Shown piece after piece: positions 25,445 through 36,347 of a stretch of 64,000 nucleotides of DNA. This DNA is from a virus. Positions within the stretch are counted from its first letter, which is position 1. Every line of letters starts with the position of its first letter. The translations under genes were made by a program, and so were the position numbers. The notes beneath the pieces are model-generated. The model saw nothing but the letters and a program-made list of their open reading frames with translations. It was not told the DNA's origin and made no database searches. The stretch is from positions 32,001 to 96,000 of IMG/VR virus record IMGVR_UViG_3300013286_000725. One strand, given 5' to 3'.

Positions 25445-26614
25445 ATGTCACATTTAGATCCCGTAATTGATAAAATTATTATAGCTCGTGTGGGCCTGCT
25501 ACTGCGCCATCCATTCTTTGGTAATATGGCAACCCGTCTTAAAATTGTAGACGGTTCTGATTGGCTTACTACTGCGGCAACTGATGGTCGACATTTGTTT
25601 TACAGCCGTCCTTTCTTTGAAAAACTCACAGTCAAACAGGTAGAGTTTGTTGTTGCACACGAAATTCTGCATAATGTGTTTGAGCATATGCTTCGTGTGG
25701 AAGGCCGTGATCGTGCAATTTGGAATGCCGCGGCAGACTACAGTGTCAACGGCACATTGGTTCGTGACCGTATTGGTGAAGTGCCGCCAGATATCAAAAT
25801 CTATCACGATACCAAACACTACGGCAAAAGTACAGAACAAGTGTACGACGAGATCTACGAGGACGAGGACGAGAAATCGTTGCAAGCTCTGGGTCAATTG
25901 CTGGACGATCACATTGATTGGGAGAAGGACGGTAAAGACGGACAGCCTAAGTACAGCAAAGAAGAGCTCAAACAAATTCGTGATGAGATCAAAGAAGCTA
26001 CCATTGCGGCGGCACAGGCAGCTGGAGCAGGTAATACACCTGCAGAAATCCAACGCATGATCAAAGATCTTACTGAGCCTAAAATGAATTGGCGCGAGAT
26101 CCTGCGTCAGCAAATTCAAAGTACAATTAAGAATGACTATACATTTATGCGTCCTAACCGTAAGGGCTGGCACATGAACGCTATTCTTCCAGGTACTAAC
26201 TATGACGAGACCATTGATATTTGTGTAGCCATTGACATGTCAGGATCAATTAGCGATAGTCAAGCTAAAGACTTTATCAGTGAGATTAAAGGCATTATGG
26301 ACGAGTACAAAGAGTACAAGATCAAAGTATGGTGCTTTGATACTAAAGTCTACAATGAACAAGACTATGACAGCTACGGCGAAGATATTTCAGACTACGA
26401 AGTTATGGGTGGTGGTGGCACTGAATTTGATGCCAACTGGGATTACATGAAGAAACATGATATTCAACCTAAGAAGTTTATCATGTTTACAGACGGTTAT
26501 CCCTGGGGCTCATGGGGTGATGAAAACTACTGTGATACAGTGTTCATTATCCATGGCAACGACAAAATTGTTCCACCGTTTGGTACTCATGCCTATTACG
26601 AAGAAGCCAAGTAA
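25445..26614 (+). CDS. DUF2201-type metallopeptidase plus VWA domain protein
   Basis: TAATDG, AHEILH (HExxH), WNAAAD; MIDAS DMSGS, GGGGTEF, FTDG. Confidence 0.9.
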   Translation: MSHLDPVIDKIIIARVGLLLRHPFFGNMATRLKIVDGSDWLTTAATDGRHLFYSRPFFEKLTVKQVEFVVAHEILHNVFEHMLRVEGRDRAIWNAAADYSVNGTLVRDRIGEVPPDIKIYHDTKHYGKSTEQVYDEIYEDEDEKSLQALGQLLDDHIDWEKDGKDGQPKYSKEELKQIRDEIKEATIAAAQAAGAGNTPAEIQRMIKDLTEPKMNWREILRQQIQSTIKNDYTFMRPNRKGWHMNAILPGTNYDETIDICVAIDMSGSISDSQAKDFISEIKGIMDEYKEYKIKVWCFDTKVYNEQDYDSYGEDISDYEVMGGGGTEFDANWDYMKKHDIQPKKFIMFTDGYPWGSWGDENYCDTVFIIHGNDKIVPPFGTHAYYEEAK

Positions 26615-26892
26615 TGGCTCTTAAGAACGGTAAGGTAAACGCTCTTAATGCGCTGGATTTGAGAAAGGTTTCTTTTCCAGCGCATCATTTTCACTATGCA
26701 CTATTAGACAAGTATAGTCCTTCATACTTAAAACAGATAGATACATGGATTTACCATAATCTTAATAGTCGCTACTACGCAGGACAAGCTATTGATCTAA
26801 TAGACAATACTATTGTTTTTGTAACAAAAATTGGATTTGAACAAGAAAAAGAACTTAGTTTCTTCAAACTTGCGTGTCCACATTTAACATAA
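26614..26892 (+). CDS. hypothetical protein
   Basis: TAATG coupling. Confidence 0.75.
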   Translation: MALKNGKVNALNALDLRKVSFPAHHFHYALLDKYSPSYLKQIDTWIYHNLNSRYYAGQAIDLIDNTIVFVTKIGFEQEKELSFFKLACPHLT

Positions 26893-26934
26893 CAGATAAT
26901 TAATATACATATATAATTTTTTAAGGAGACTTAT

Positions 26935-27177
26935 ATGGCCGATGAAAATCAACAAACAGCAGAAAACGCACCCGCACAAGACAACGGTGATTTGACAATT
27001 AATGATCTTAACGCAATGAAACAAATCATTGATGTTGCCAGCTCACGCGGAGCCTTTAAACCAGGTGAAATGGTAGCAGTGGGACAGACCTATAACAAAT
27101 TAGCCACATTTTTAGAAAATGTAGCAAAACAATCACAACAAACCGCACCCGCTACAGCGCCTGCTCAAGGAGCATAA
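26935..27177 (+). CDS. hypothetical protein
   Basis: AAGGAG RBS; core LTINDL...IIDVASSRGAFK. Confidence 0.8.
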   Translation: MADENQQTAENAPAQDNGDLTINDLNAMKQIIDVASSRGAFKPGEMVAVGQTYNKLATFLENVAKQSQQTAPATAPAQGA

Positions 27178-27178
27178 T

Positions 27179-27850
27179 ATGTCCGAACTAAAACATGTAG
27201 GCAGGATGAAAAATACAGGGCGTAAATGTCTTGTTGTTTTTCGTACCCTGCCAGGCGATGCATTTAGTTGTTTAATTATTCCAACAGAATCATTGCCCGA
27301 TAGCTATCATGATTCACTTATCAGTCTAGTAGAATCTAATGCCGCTCAATCGACTAACGAATTTAGTGAAGTCTTGGCCCGTGCTGTATTTTCAGACGGA
27401 TCCACTATGTTGCCAACTTTGCATGTCAAAGGTTATTTGAGTAAAGTAGCCACTGACGAAGTAGAGATGACACCTAATAATCAAGCAAGTGTATTGTTAA
27501 GTGATCTTAATCAACTGATTGCAGAACAACAAGGTGTTAGTGTTCAAGATTTGGCTATTAAATCTTCGCAACCTGATCCTAATGTTGAGATTAAAGAAGT
27601 TGCCAGTGCTAAGGATATCAGTCCCAAAACTGGTAATACTGATCCATTAATAGATCAAGTGGAAGACTTTGGTCGCACAACCAGTGCAAGTGTTAATCAA
27701 GAAACGCCAGTTACTAAATTTGATACTCCCGAAGCTGAAGCCAAATACTATCGTAGTCAGGCAGATCGATTGGCCAAGCAGGCAGCAGAAATGCGCCGCA
27801 AAGCCGAAGAAGTCTTTCCTACTAAAAAGAAAACTACTAGCGTATTGTGA
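27179..27850 (+). CDS. hypothetical protein
   Basis: AAGGAG RBS; long ORF. Confidence 0.8.
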   Translation: MSELKHVGRMKNTGRKCLVVFRTLPGDAFSCLIIPTESLPDSYHDSLISLVESNAAQSTNEFSEVLARAVFSDGSTMLPTLHVKGYLSKVATDEVEMTPNNQASVLLSDLNQLIAEQQGVSVQDLAIKSSQPDPNVEIKEVASAKDISPKTGNTDPLIDQVEDFGRTTSASVNQETPVTKFDTPEAEAKYYRSQADRLAKQAAEMRRKAEEVFPTKKKTTSVL

Positions 27851-28167
27851 CCCCGGGGAGAGTTTTCCCTAAAGATGTAGTTGAACACTGGCCCGAGGTA
27901 TTTGGGGAAATCACACTCAATGTGATCCCCCTCAAATATCTTGATTCAATTACTGTAACTTTTAAAAATAAAAAGATTTGGGAAATCAAAGTTAGCGACC
28001 AGCAAGCTCAAGAAAATTGGGAATCATTTGAAATGAATCTCAAAGAGATGCTGAGTTCTTACGAAAGTGAGATCGACAATGTTGACTTTAAATTAGATAC
28101 AGAGCGTGTCAAAAAAGACATGATTAAAAATACCAATAATTTTTTACGAAAGAAAAAATTAAAATGA
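27847..28167 (+). CDS. hypothetical protein
   Basis: GTGA overlap. Confidence 0.72.
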   Translation: MTPGRVFPKDVVEHWPEVFGEITLNVIPLKYLDSITVTFKNKKIWEIKVSDQQAQENWESFEMNLKEMLSSYESEIDNVDFKLDTERVKKDMIKNTNNFLRKKKLK

Positions 28168-28826
28168 ATGTTAAATTGTTATCCTATTCACAACCAACAG
28201 CTGAATTTGCATCCTTGGGCATTGCAGATGCACAAGAACTCATTGCGTATTGCGCCCGTGTCAGCAATCCCAGCAATCAGCTCAATACAGAAACAAGCGA
28301 AAAACTCATACGATACCTCATCAAACACCAACACTGGAGCCCTCTTGAAATGGTTTCGGCTTGTATTGAAATTACTACTACTAGAGATATTGCTAGACAG
28401 ATACTTCGACATCGTAGTTTCAGCTTTCAAGAGTTCAGTCAACGCTATGCTGATCCAACAAAGGATCTAGACTTTGTTACCCGAGAAGCTAGACTGCAAG
28501 ACACAAAGAATCGACAAAACAGCGTAGAAACATCTGATGCAGAGTTAACTGCTTGGTGGGATGCACAACAAAAGTTTGTGATTGAGAATGTACAAAGAAT
28601 CTATACAGAAGCAATTGAACGAGGCATAGCCAAAGAGCAGGCTCGTGCAGTATTACCGGAAGGACTTATTGAAAGTCGGTTATACATGAACGGTACACTG
28701 CGTAGCTGGATACACTATATTGACTTGCGGTCAGCTAACGGAACACAACTAGAGCATCAAGAAATTGCCCTAGCCTGTGCCAAAGTTATTGCAGAGATAT
28801 TTCCTCTAGCTGACCTTCTAGAATAA
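28164..28826 (+). CDS. thyX: flavin-dependent thymidylate synthase
   Basis: HWSPLE, RHRSFSFQEFSQRY, AKEQARAVLP motifs. Confidence 0.96.
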   Translation: MNVKLLSYSQPTAEFASLGIADAQELIAYCARVSNPSNQLNTETSEKLIRYLIKHQHWSPLEMVSACIEITTTRDIARQILRHRSFSFQEFSQRYADPTKDLDFVTREARLQDTKNRQNSVETSDAELTAWWDAQQKFVIENVQRIYTEAIERGIAKEQARAVLPEGLIESRLYMNGTLRSWIHYIDLRSANGTQLEHQEIALACAKVIAEIFPLADLLE

Positions 28827-28845
28827 TCAAATTTATATATGGAAT

Positions 28846-28873
28846 AAAAATAGGCCTCTAAGGCCTATTTTTT
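28846..28873. terminator. bidirectional intrinsic terminator between the convergent arms
   Basis: AAAAATAGGCCT-CTA-AGGCCTATTTTT. Confidence 0.88.
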
Positions 28874-31800
28874 AATAGCCGTTGCCGGTGGCTTGGTCTT
28901 GTCGCACATTAAGATATAATGGTTTATCACCAATGGCCATTGTAAAGTTACCGTATCCCAGCTGCAGGTTAGTTCTAGCTTGTATAGTATGTGTACCGTT
29001 TTGTAATGATGATAACTGTCGACCATCAACACCGGCAATGGTTCCGCCAGGTGAGGCAAAATCTAATCCAGGGCCATGGCCGTATTTAGCACCATAGTCT
29101 AATGTAACACCGCTAGGATAACCACTTATGGTTACAGTAAATTCTACTACATATGAATAGGCTGTATCTATAGTTTGATATTGATCAAATGTAATTGTTG
29201 GTATATCAGCTGTTACTACCATAAGAGCGCTGGTTTCTTTGCCAGTTGACGGCCATTTTATCCATAGATAATAAGTGCCAGCGGTTGCGCCTTGAAATGC
29301 GTTGGGTTTTTCCCAGGTAGTGTATCCGCTTTGTGGTGGAGGGCCAACAAAACCAGTACCGTCAATATTAAGTGTATACGCTGGCTGGTAGACTGGAACA
29401 GTGTAAGGGGCAGCAATTGCAAATATAAATGTTTCTCCTGGGATTCCGCTGACTCTGATCAATGTTCCAGTACTAGCAGAAAAAGTACTAGGACTTACAT
29501 ATACTGTTTGAGGGTAATTGCTAGTAACAACCGTAGACTCTGCATTACCTGGAAGATTAAACTCAAAAACACTTGAACCGCCACTACCACTTGCTGTCAC
29601 TTGAATTTTGATATGATTACCCAAGGCAGCCGGTAACAATGTTCCATAGACTGCTTGATATCCAGGTCCAAATGTGCCATCGAGACTCACAGTATTGGCC
29701 GGAATTACTACAGTTGTTGCATTAATTGAAGCGTTGGTAATATTGAGATAAAGTACAAAATTATCGCCAACATTGCTATAATTTCCGCCAATACTGTATT
29801 GACTAAAGGTCGGTTTAGGTAGTACAGGTGCTGCTGGCAGGCTAAAATAGAAATATCCAGTTCCAGTCTGACCGTAACTATCAGTCACCGTGATTGTGCC
29901 GGTATACTGCTGGCCGTAGGGCATACTGCCGTCTGTAGTCATTAAGAAATAATGATTGTTATCAGGTATTCCTGTTTTGGGTCTGCCAAGGTAGGTATTT
30001 TGTATTGAGTATTGTGAGAACAGTACATCTGGATATCCGTTCAACACGGCACTGATACTGGTAAGAGCAGTCACTCCGGGTTGTGTTCCGTTAGTAGCGA
30101 CTTTTATTGTGCTTGTATGGAATGTGATTGCATTGGTTGCATTAGGAGTAAGTTGGCTGCTGAAACTGTTAGGTTTTCCTGAGAATGGTGCTTTAAAAAT
30201 CTGAGTGTTGTCTTGTAGACCCACACTGTCTATAGTCAATGCCGGAATAGCCACAGTATAACTCAATGTCAACACTTTGCCATTGGTAAAAGTAGCAGTG
30301 TATTGGTAAAATCCGTCTGCCGAACAAACACCTAAATAGCCGCCAGTTTGGGATCCTATTAGATCAAAACTGATTGCTGAGCCGGCATAAATGCCGGTGG
30401 TTTGAGTACTTAAAGATATAGTCTTTCCACTGCCATATCTGGTATCTTGAGGACTACTAATAACCACATTGGTATTAGGGGCACCTTTAATAGAGAAATT
30501 TATAGGCTGTGCTCGATAAAAGGGACCGCCGTTGGCTGTGCCAACAAAACTACCTAGAGGCAGAACATCTATACCCGGTCCGTCAGTACCCCATGGGTTG
30601 CTGGTAAAAAACTGATAGTCAATGTTTTGAACAGTTACATTAACTGTGTTAGATGTAATTGTTCCTTCGTAGGGGCGATCATACCATAACGATGCTGTTG
30701 CACTAAATGATAATCCGTTGGTATCTCCTGAAGCGGTTGTATATGTAGTGGTGTAAGTTCCAGAACCTGTCATGTCAAGGCCGTTTTGACCATACCCAGT
30801 ACTGCCCAACCCTCTATTGACGCCACCGCTGATTCTGTCTATGCTAAGTGTTAGAGCGTCGGTTACTCCAGTCACAGTAATTGTTAAAACATCCCCTACT
30901 CCAACAGTGCCGCTAGGACTTACTGATATTGTTCCGGGATTGGCTTTAAAGAAAGCCTTTGCCGATATATCCGCCGGAATGGCTGTAACACTATATCCCG
31001 CTACCGATGAAATACTGTTGATGTGGCCGCTCCAAGTAATTCGACGACCAGCTTGGCCGCCAGTGAAAAAGGTAGCACTAGATCCGCCAACAATTTGACC
31101 GTTTGCATTTGCAGTAAATGAAAAAGATGTTGAACCATTACTTACACCCAATGTATCACCGCTGAAAGTACCAGTTCCCGATACTATTGCACCAGGGGGT
31201 AGATTTGCTATTGTAGTTCCAACTTCGTATCCCCATTTTGTTGTTATACTATTTCCTGCTACTGCTGTGGCGCTAGGGCCAAGAGTCCAAACCCATGTTG
31301 GGGTTTTTGCAACTATAGTGTTAGCAGGTACTGTCACTGCACTGCTGTTAAATGATGTATAACCAGTTCTACTGACACTTAATGACACTGTGGTAGCAGG
31401 GTTACCACTAAGCACTTTACCTGTAAAAGTGCCGCTGTTGGCGCCGAAGAAATCAACCCTTGCTTGACTGCCGCTGGTAATGGTGCCGGTGTTGCTAGGT
31501 ACGCTCAACCCTTGTGAGTACGGTGCGGTGCCGAAGGTCCAGCTGATCAAGCTGTTATATGTGTCGCCTAAAATTATAAATCCTTGATAAACTCCTGTTC
31601 CGGCTGTGTTAATAGTAAATGAAACCAAATTGTCAGCACCCACTGTTGGGCCAGTTACTGATATAGTGGGCTTTCCTACGACATTGGTGTAGGTTATTTT
31701 TTGATTTAATGTCAGAGGTGGGCTAGATGCGTCTGTTACATATATACCGTATGACACCGTACCTGTCTGTGTTGGCGTATACGAAAATTGATTAGAGCCA

Positions 31801-34799
31801 CCAGAAGAAAGTGGACCTGTTACACCAACAGGTGTTATAGTTTGAGAAGGTGAGTAAGAATATGGCGGTGTACCCCCACTGGCAGTGAAGATTTCCAAGT
31901 ACGGTGTATCAACGGTGATGGTGGCGGTGATGTTTGTAGGACTTAGTGTCAGGGGCGCCAGAGCCGTTGATACAGTATAAGCCATTGAAGGACTTGTAGC
32001 AGAAACACCATATGGGTTAATAATAGTTATTGTAAACGATCCACTACCAACAGTTGTTGGGGTGAATGAAAAGGTGCCGGTAATACTGCCGCCGGTACCA
32101 GTACCAGTTAATGGCGTAGCACCTGGAGCAGTAGTTGTTATACTTCTAGTAGTTCCTGGATAATTGGCCTCCCAGTAAACTGAAATAGATTTGCCACTAG
32201 TAACCGTTCCTGATGCCGGTGTGAGCGTTGGGCTTGACACCGATGGCGGAAAAATATTCATCGCTGTGACGGCCGGTGGACTTTCTCCACTACCGTCTGT
32301 TAGATATCCTCTCAAAGCTACAGTGGTAGAGGTGCCGCTTGTAGGTGCTGTGATAGTATAACCTGTACCGGTAGCGTTTTGTGCAGGCCATTGGGTAGCT
32401 GATTGCACTCCATTTACTGATACTTTTACATAGCTGGCATTGGTGCTGGTCCAATTTACAGCAATATTAGTTTCACCGGCAAAGGCGCCGTTGTTACCTA
32501 GGACAGTAGTAATGCTAATACTATCAACAGTAACGGCCGCTTGGGATGCCATGGTGTAGGTACCCAGTCCAGGACTCACTGATACCGTAGGTACTTGAGT
32601 GCTGGTAGGAGTTCCGATGACAATTGTACCTTGCGTAGTTCCTCTTGCGCCGGCTGTGCTAATAGCTGCCGATGATTGAGTTTGTGTTGCACCTGTGGTT
32701 GGAAAAGTCAATGTTATTGGGCTACCAGTAACGCTGGCTAAACTGCCTGTACCAGTATAGGGTACTGAAACTGTGATTGCTCCACTGACTGCGCTGGCAG
32801 GTACATCTAGTGTCCCTTGTACAATTGCCTTGGTACTGTCTTTATAGGCACCACTGGTGTTGGGACTAAAGCTGATTGTGGCAGTTGTTGGCACTCTAGT
32901 AATCGTCATTGCAGTGGTTTGTGGACTGCTAGGACTTGTTGCTCCACTGAATGACACTGTGATATTTCCAGATGCTGAGTTGCCGCTAGCAAGATTAATT
33001 GAAACTGATAAATCTGTTAATCCGCTTACTTGAAAACTGGGAACTGTAGCAGCGGTTATAAGATTGCCGGTGCCCAAAGCGTAACCATTGACAATTACAC
33101 CTGTTGGAAATACTATCGAGCTGACTGTAACTGCGCCACCAGTACTGTTAAAGGTCCAGGTAACAACCGAACCGTTAGTACCTTTTTGTGTCATTGTGGT
33201 AGCTGTAACCCGTGCATTGTTATCTGCAGGAAGTAGGTATGCAATAGGTGCATATCCACTCAGCGTAATACTTGCGGCGGAACTCATGTCAAATGTCAAC
33301 GGACTGGTCGCTGTGGTTAATCCCGAACTAGTTCCCGGAGTGATAGTTATTCTACCTGCGCCTGTAGCACTGGCACCGCTCTGAGTAGCAATCTGTGTGG
33401 CCACGCCTTGAGCAAATGTAAATGTATAGTTTCCTGCTGATATTCCGTTAATGGTACTGGTAAACGGCACTGTGACAGTTGTACTGGTAACTGCAGGATT
33501 GTTCAATACAGCAGTGACCGTAAATCCGCTCTGATATGCGCCACTTGGAGTACTGATAGTTACCGTGTAGGTTGTTGGAGCAGATAAGCTGGTATCGTTA
33601 ACTGTGATCTGACTGCTGGTTGCCAACAGTGTTCCGCTAGCCGAGACTGAGTGTATTTCAACACTGAAACTACTAGAGCCGTCAGTGGTGGCATTGGCAA
33701 ATACTGTTCTTGTCAATGTTCCTGTGTTATTGTTGATGGTAACAGTGCCACTGTTTTGACTATCGCTAAACCGCTGGGCTGTCTTTGGAAATGTTGAACT
33801 TGGTGACAAGATCCAATATAGAATTGTGCCGTTTGGAATGTTGGTACCTGTAACTGTAAAGGTCACAGTGTCACCTTCGTTCATCGAAGTCTTATCAGGT
33901 GTAATTGAGTAGTTACTTGACACCACAGCGCCGCCGGCAAATCCTGATTGTGTTGCACTTGGTGCTGACAAACTGAATGCACCTGTTGGAGTAGATGCTT
34001 TGATTGTACTAGTAACTGTTGCGTCAACATTATCGTCTGGCGGGCCAACTGCATCATCTGCAAAGTTGACGGTCAGTGTTAACACACTGGGTGTTGTTGC
34101 GTTATCCACACGAGCTGATAATTTATAATAATTGTTGGCGTATGCACCGGTACTGTAGGTCTTGACTATTTGTGTGTCGACGGTACCTAAACTATAAAAA
34201 GTTGAATAGTCAATAGCAACTTCGCCTAGACCGGATAATAAGATAGTCCAGCTGGTATCCTTAGCAGTGGCAGTGCCGCCACTGGTACTAGCACTTGCAC
34301 GGATTTTTCCGCCTGCGTTAAAGAAATATCTTGCGGCACTATTTGACCCAAATGTAACTGTTACAGTCTGTGTTAATATGTTATTCCAAGGCTGACTTGA
34401 GGTGCCAGATACCAAAGTACTGTCTGCCAGTTGATTAGCGCCAACTGAGAATTTATTTGTGGTGATGCTGTCGGCCATATAGTTAAATTGGCCTCGGATT
34501 GATTCGCTTATTGTGGTAACACCGCTTACTACATTTATCAAATTTGATCCGCTGTAGGAACTGGTTTCAAGACTAGTGCCCAGAGTGCCGCCTGTTTGAT
34601 GTGTATAGGCTTTGGCAATATCAGCTCGTAAAGCAATGTATTCTGCTGCCGATATCGTATTACCGGTGACTACAGACGGGCTAGTAATCGTTTGGCCGTA
34701 GCCGCTCTGGCCGCTACCTGCGCCAAGTACTAGATCAACTTTTTGTTTTATAGTTGAATAGTCACCAGATTCTATTTTTTGACCAACACCTGCTGCCAT
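28872..34799 (-). CDS. large tail fibre/adhesin with tandem Ig-like domains (1975 aa)
   Basis: Thr/Ser/Gly-rich beta repeats; NEGDTVTFTVT and ASGGTPPYSYS motifs; N-terminal virion domain (ARYFFNAGG). Confidence 0.75.
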   Translation of the reverse strand: MAAGVGQKIESGDYSTIKQKVDLVLGAGSGQSGYGQTITSPSVVTGNTISAAEYIALRADIAKAYTHQTGGTLGTSLETSSYSGSNLINVVSGVTTISESIRGQFNYMADSITTNKFSVGANQLADSTLVSGTSSQPWNNILTQTVTVTFGSNSAARYFFNAGGKIRASASTSGGTATAKDTSWTILLSGLGEVAIDYSTFYSLGTVDTQIVKTYSTGAYANNYYKLSARVDNATTPSVLTLTVNFADDAVGPPDDNVDATVTSTIKASTPTGAFSLSAPSATQSGFAGGAVVSSNYSITPDKTSMNEGDTVTFTVTGTNIPNGTILYWILSPSSTFPKTAQRFSDSQNSGTVTINNNTGTLTRTVFANATTDGSSSFSVEIHSVSASGTLLATSSQITVNDTSLSAPTTYTVTISTPSGAYQSGFTVTAVLNNPAVTSTTVTVPFTSTINGISAGNYTFTFAQGVATQIATQSGASATGAGRITITPGTSSGLTTATSPLTFDMSSAASITLSGYAPIAYLLPADNNARVTATTMTQKGTNGSVVTWTFNSTGGAVTVSSIVFPTGVIVNGYALGTGNLITAATVPSFQVSGLTDLSVSINLASGNSASGNITVSFSGATSPSSPQTTAMTITRVPTTATISFSPNTSGAYKDSTKAIVQGTLDVPASAVSGAITVSVPYTGTGSLASVTGSPITLTFPTTGATQTQSSAAISTAGARGTTQGTIVIGTPTSTQVPTVSVSPGLGTYTMASQAAVTVDSISITTVLGNNGAFAGETNIAVNWTSTNASYVKVSVNGVQSATQWPAQNATGTGYTITAPTSGTSTTVALRGYLTDGSGESPPAVTAMNIFPPSVSSPTLTPASGTVTSGKSISVYWEANYPGTTRSITTTAPGATPLTGTGTGGSITGTFSFTPTTVGSGSFTITIINPYGVSATSPSMAYTVSTALAPLTLSPTNITATITVDTPYLEIFTASGGTPPYSYSPSQTITPVGVTGPLSSGGSNQFSYTPTQTGTVSYGIYVTDASSPPLTLNQKITYTNVVGKPTISVTGPTVGADNLVSFTINTAGTGVYQGFIILGDTYNSLISWTFGTAPYSQGLSVPSNTGTITSGSQARVDFFGANSGTFTGKVLSGNPATTVSLSVSRTGYTSFNSSAVTVPANTIVAKTPTWVWTLGPSATAVAGNSITTKWGYEVGTTIANLPPGAIVSGTGTFSGDTLGVSNGSTSFSFTANANGQIVGGSSATFFTGGQAGRRITWSGHINSISSVAGYSVTAIPADISAKAFFKANPGTISVSPSGTVGVGDVLTITVTGVTDALTLSIDRISGGVNRGLGSTGYGQNGLDMTGSGTYTTTYTTASGDTNGLSFSATASLWYDRPYEGTITSNTVNVTVQNIDYQFFTSNPWGTDGPGIDVLPLGSFVGTANGGPFYRAQPINFSIKGAPNTNVVISSPQDTRYGSGKTISLSTQTTGIYAGSAISFDLIGSQTGGYLGVCSADGFYQYTATFTNGKVLTLSYTVAIPALTIDSVGLQDNTQIFKAPFSGKPNSFSSQLTPNATNAITFHTSTIKVATNGTQPGVTALTSISAVLNGYPDVLFSQYSIQNTYLGRPKTGIPDNNHYFLMTTDGSMPYGQQYTGTITVTDSYGQTGTGYFYFSLPAAPVLPKPTFSQYSIGGNYSNVGDNFVLYLNITNASINATTVVIPANTVSLDGTFGPGYQAVYGTLLPAALGNHIKIQVTASGSGGSSVFEFNLPGNAESTVVTSNYPQTVYVSPSTFSASTGTLIRVSGIPGETFIFAIAAPYTVPVYQPAYTLNIDGTGFVGPPPQSGYTTWEKPNAFQGATAGTYYLWIKWPSTGKETSALMVVTADIPTITFDQYQTIDTAYSYVVEFTVTISGYPSGVTLDYGAKYGHGPGLDFASPGGTIAGVDGRQLSSLQNGTHTIQARTNLQLGYGNFTMAIGDKPLYLNVRQDQATGNGY

Positions 34800-34809
34800 T
34801 TTATGTCCT

Positions 34810-36309
34810 TTACAGTATTACTGCTTCAACTAATCTTTCTTCAACACTGTCATTATCTTCTAGTGCGATTGCAAATACCAAATGATCATACGACACATCT
34901 TCATTATCTAAATCGATAACACCACTGATGCTGTTTTCACAACTGATTGCAGTTCCTCTGTTGAATGCTATTAGTCTGTCACCTTTGGCCACTGCATATT
35001 TGATTCTTACTGGCACACGCCCTTTTAGAGCAATATATGTTCCGCCTACTAGATCTTTATTCATCATAAACGCAGGTTTAGCACTGACCACGCCAAGTGC
35101 TCGGAAACCGGCTGCGCTTTCTGTAACCTCTGCTGATCCGCCTACAATCACCACAGTTCCAACCGGGTAATCTGCATCTGCTAGATATTTTTCTGCCAAG
35201 TCAGCATACTTTGCACTGGTTGCTGTGCCGGTAAATGTCACGGCTGCTAGGGCGCCACTGTTATCTCTAGCGGCAATAGTGTTGGCAGTGTTGGCAGTAC
35301 TGGCAAATCTGTAGCTGCCAGTGTCAACTTGCAGTGCTTGAGCCTGTGTAGCAATACCATTAAAATTAGCGGCATAGACATTGGCATATCTGTAACTGAC
35401 TGAACCAATATTAGTTGTGTTGTCAGTTCCAGGAATAATAGTGTTGCCAATCAACTGTAAAGGGGTTTGGAAACTGCCTGTATAAGTTTGAAATACAATA
35501 GTACTGCCTACTGCATTTTGAATGTATGGGGTTCCGCTTTGGATAAAAACTTTAAGGTCGTTAGCACTGGTTCCTACAGTAAATCCACTGTCTGGAAAAT
35601 TGCTTAATGCTGTGCTCAATACAAAATCACTGGGTAAATGGCCGCCCAATCTGTCAGCGTTGCTGGCTGTTCCATAAAATCTATCTGTGGTTGAAGTAAT
35701 ACCGTTGGTACTGGCCACAGTGTTTCTTAGGGTCATACCTGCTCTGATACGATCAAATCCTGTAATTGGATTAGCAGTACCTAAGGTAAATTCGTCTGAA
35801 GAAATAATATAAACAACATTGCCGTTGACTTTGGCTTGTATAATAGCGTGTGTTTGCGGGCTTACTGCATTGTCTTGTACACTGATACTTTGCATCTGTG
35901 TTTGACCAAAACCGGTAACACCCTGGGGACCAATCAGCTGAAAATTTGTTCCATCTATACTAGCATACAGTTGATTTGTGCTGGTTTGAAACCATAGGTC
36001 TCCGGTGGTCAATCCTGTTGGTTGCGTGGCACTGACCGCGGCACCGCCTGTGGTACGCCAAGAATTATTTTTATCATAGAATTTTAACTTGTTTGTCCCA
36101 CTGTCGTACCAAACTTGTCCGCTAATAGCATTTGGCGGAGCAATTGTGCCTGAAAAATTTTCTAGTAACCAGACATAATTATCATTCTGGATCTCACCGT
36201 AGCCGGCATAATTTTTACCCACTAATCTGAGATCTGTTGTATTATCTAGTGTACCGTCTTGCACTACGGAAATAGTACTTCCGTTGTATCTGCGAATGCT
36301 GTATGGCAT
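34810..36309 (-). CDS. tail fibre/baseplate protein with C-terminal autocleaving chaperone-like domain
   Basis: Shared N-terminal GKNYxGYG/LLENF/GQxWYD domain; C-terminal YADLAEKY...ALKGRVPV. Confidence 0.72.
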   Translation of the reverse strand: MPYSIRRYNGSTISVVQDGTLDNTTDLRLVGKNYAGYGEIQNDNYVWLLENFSGTIAPPNAISGQVWYDSGTNKLKFYDKNNSWRTTGGAAVSATQPTGLTTGDLWFQTSTNQLYASIDGTNFQLIGPQGVTGFGQTQMQSISVQDNAVSPQTHAIIQAKVNGNVVYIISSDEFTLGTANPITGFDRIRAGMTLRNTVASTNGITSTTDRFYGTASNADRLGGHLPSDFVLSTALSNFPDSGFTVGTSANDLKVFIQSGTPYIQNAVGSTIVFQTYTGSFQTPLQLIGNTIIPGTDNTTNIGSVSYRYANVYAANFNGIATQAQALQVDTGSYRFASTANTANTIAARDNSGALAAVTFTGTATSAKYADLAEKYLADADYPVGTVVIVGGSAEVTESAAGFRALGVVSAKPAFMMNKDLVGGTYIALKGRVPVRIKYAVAKGDRLIAFNRGTAISCENSISGVIDLDNEDVSYDHLVFAIALEDNDSVEERLVEAVIL

Positions 36310-36332
36310 TTGTTCTACCCCTTAACTTTATG

Positions 36333-36338
36333 TATTTA
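36333..36338 (-). promoter_or_regulatory. late promoter (TAAATA)
   Basis: TAAATA upstream of AAGGGG RBS and ATG 36309. Confidence 0.55.
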
Positions 36339-36347
36339 GTGTAACCA

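Noticed and set aside
25499-26173. Long antisense ORFs (this one, and e.g. 2528..3064, 24331..24831, 22128..22598)
   Set aside because: Shadows of well-supported genes on the opposite strand; no RBS or recognisable motifs.
28872-29400. Diversity-generating retroelement target at the fibre C-terminus
   Set aside because: No reverse transcriptase and no template/variable repeat pair seen in the window.
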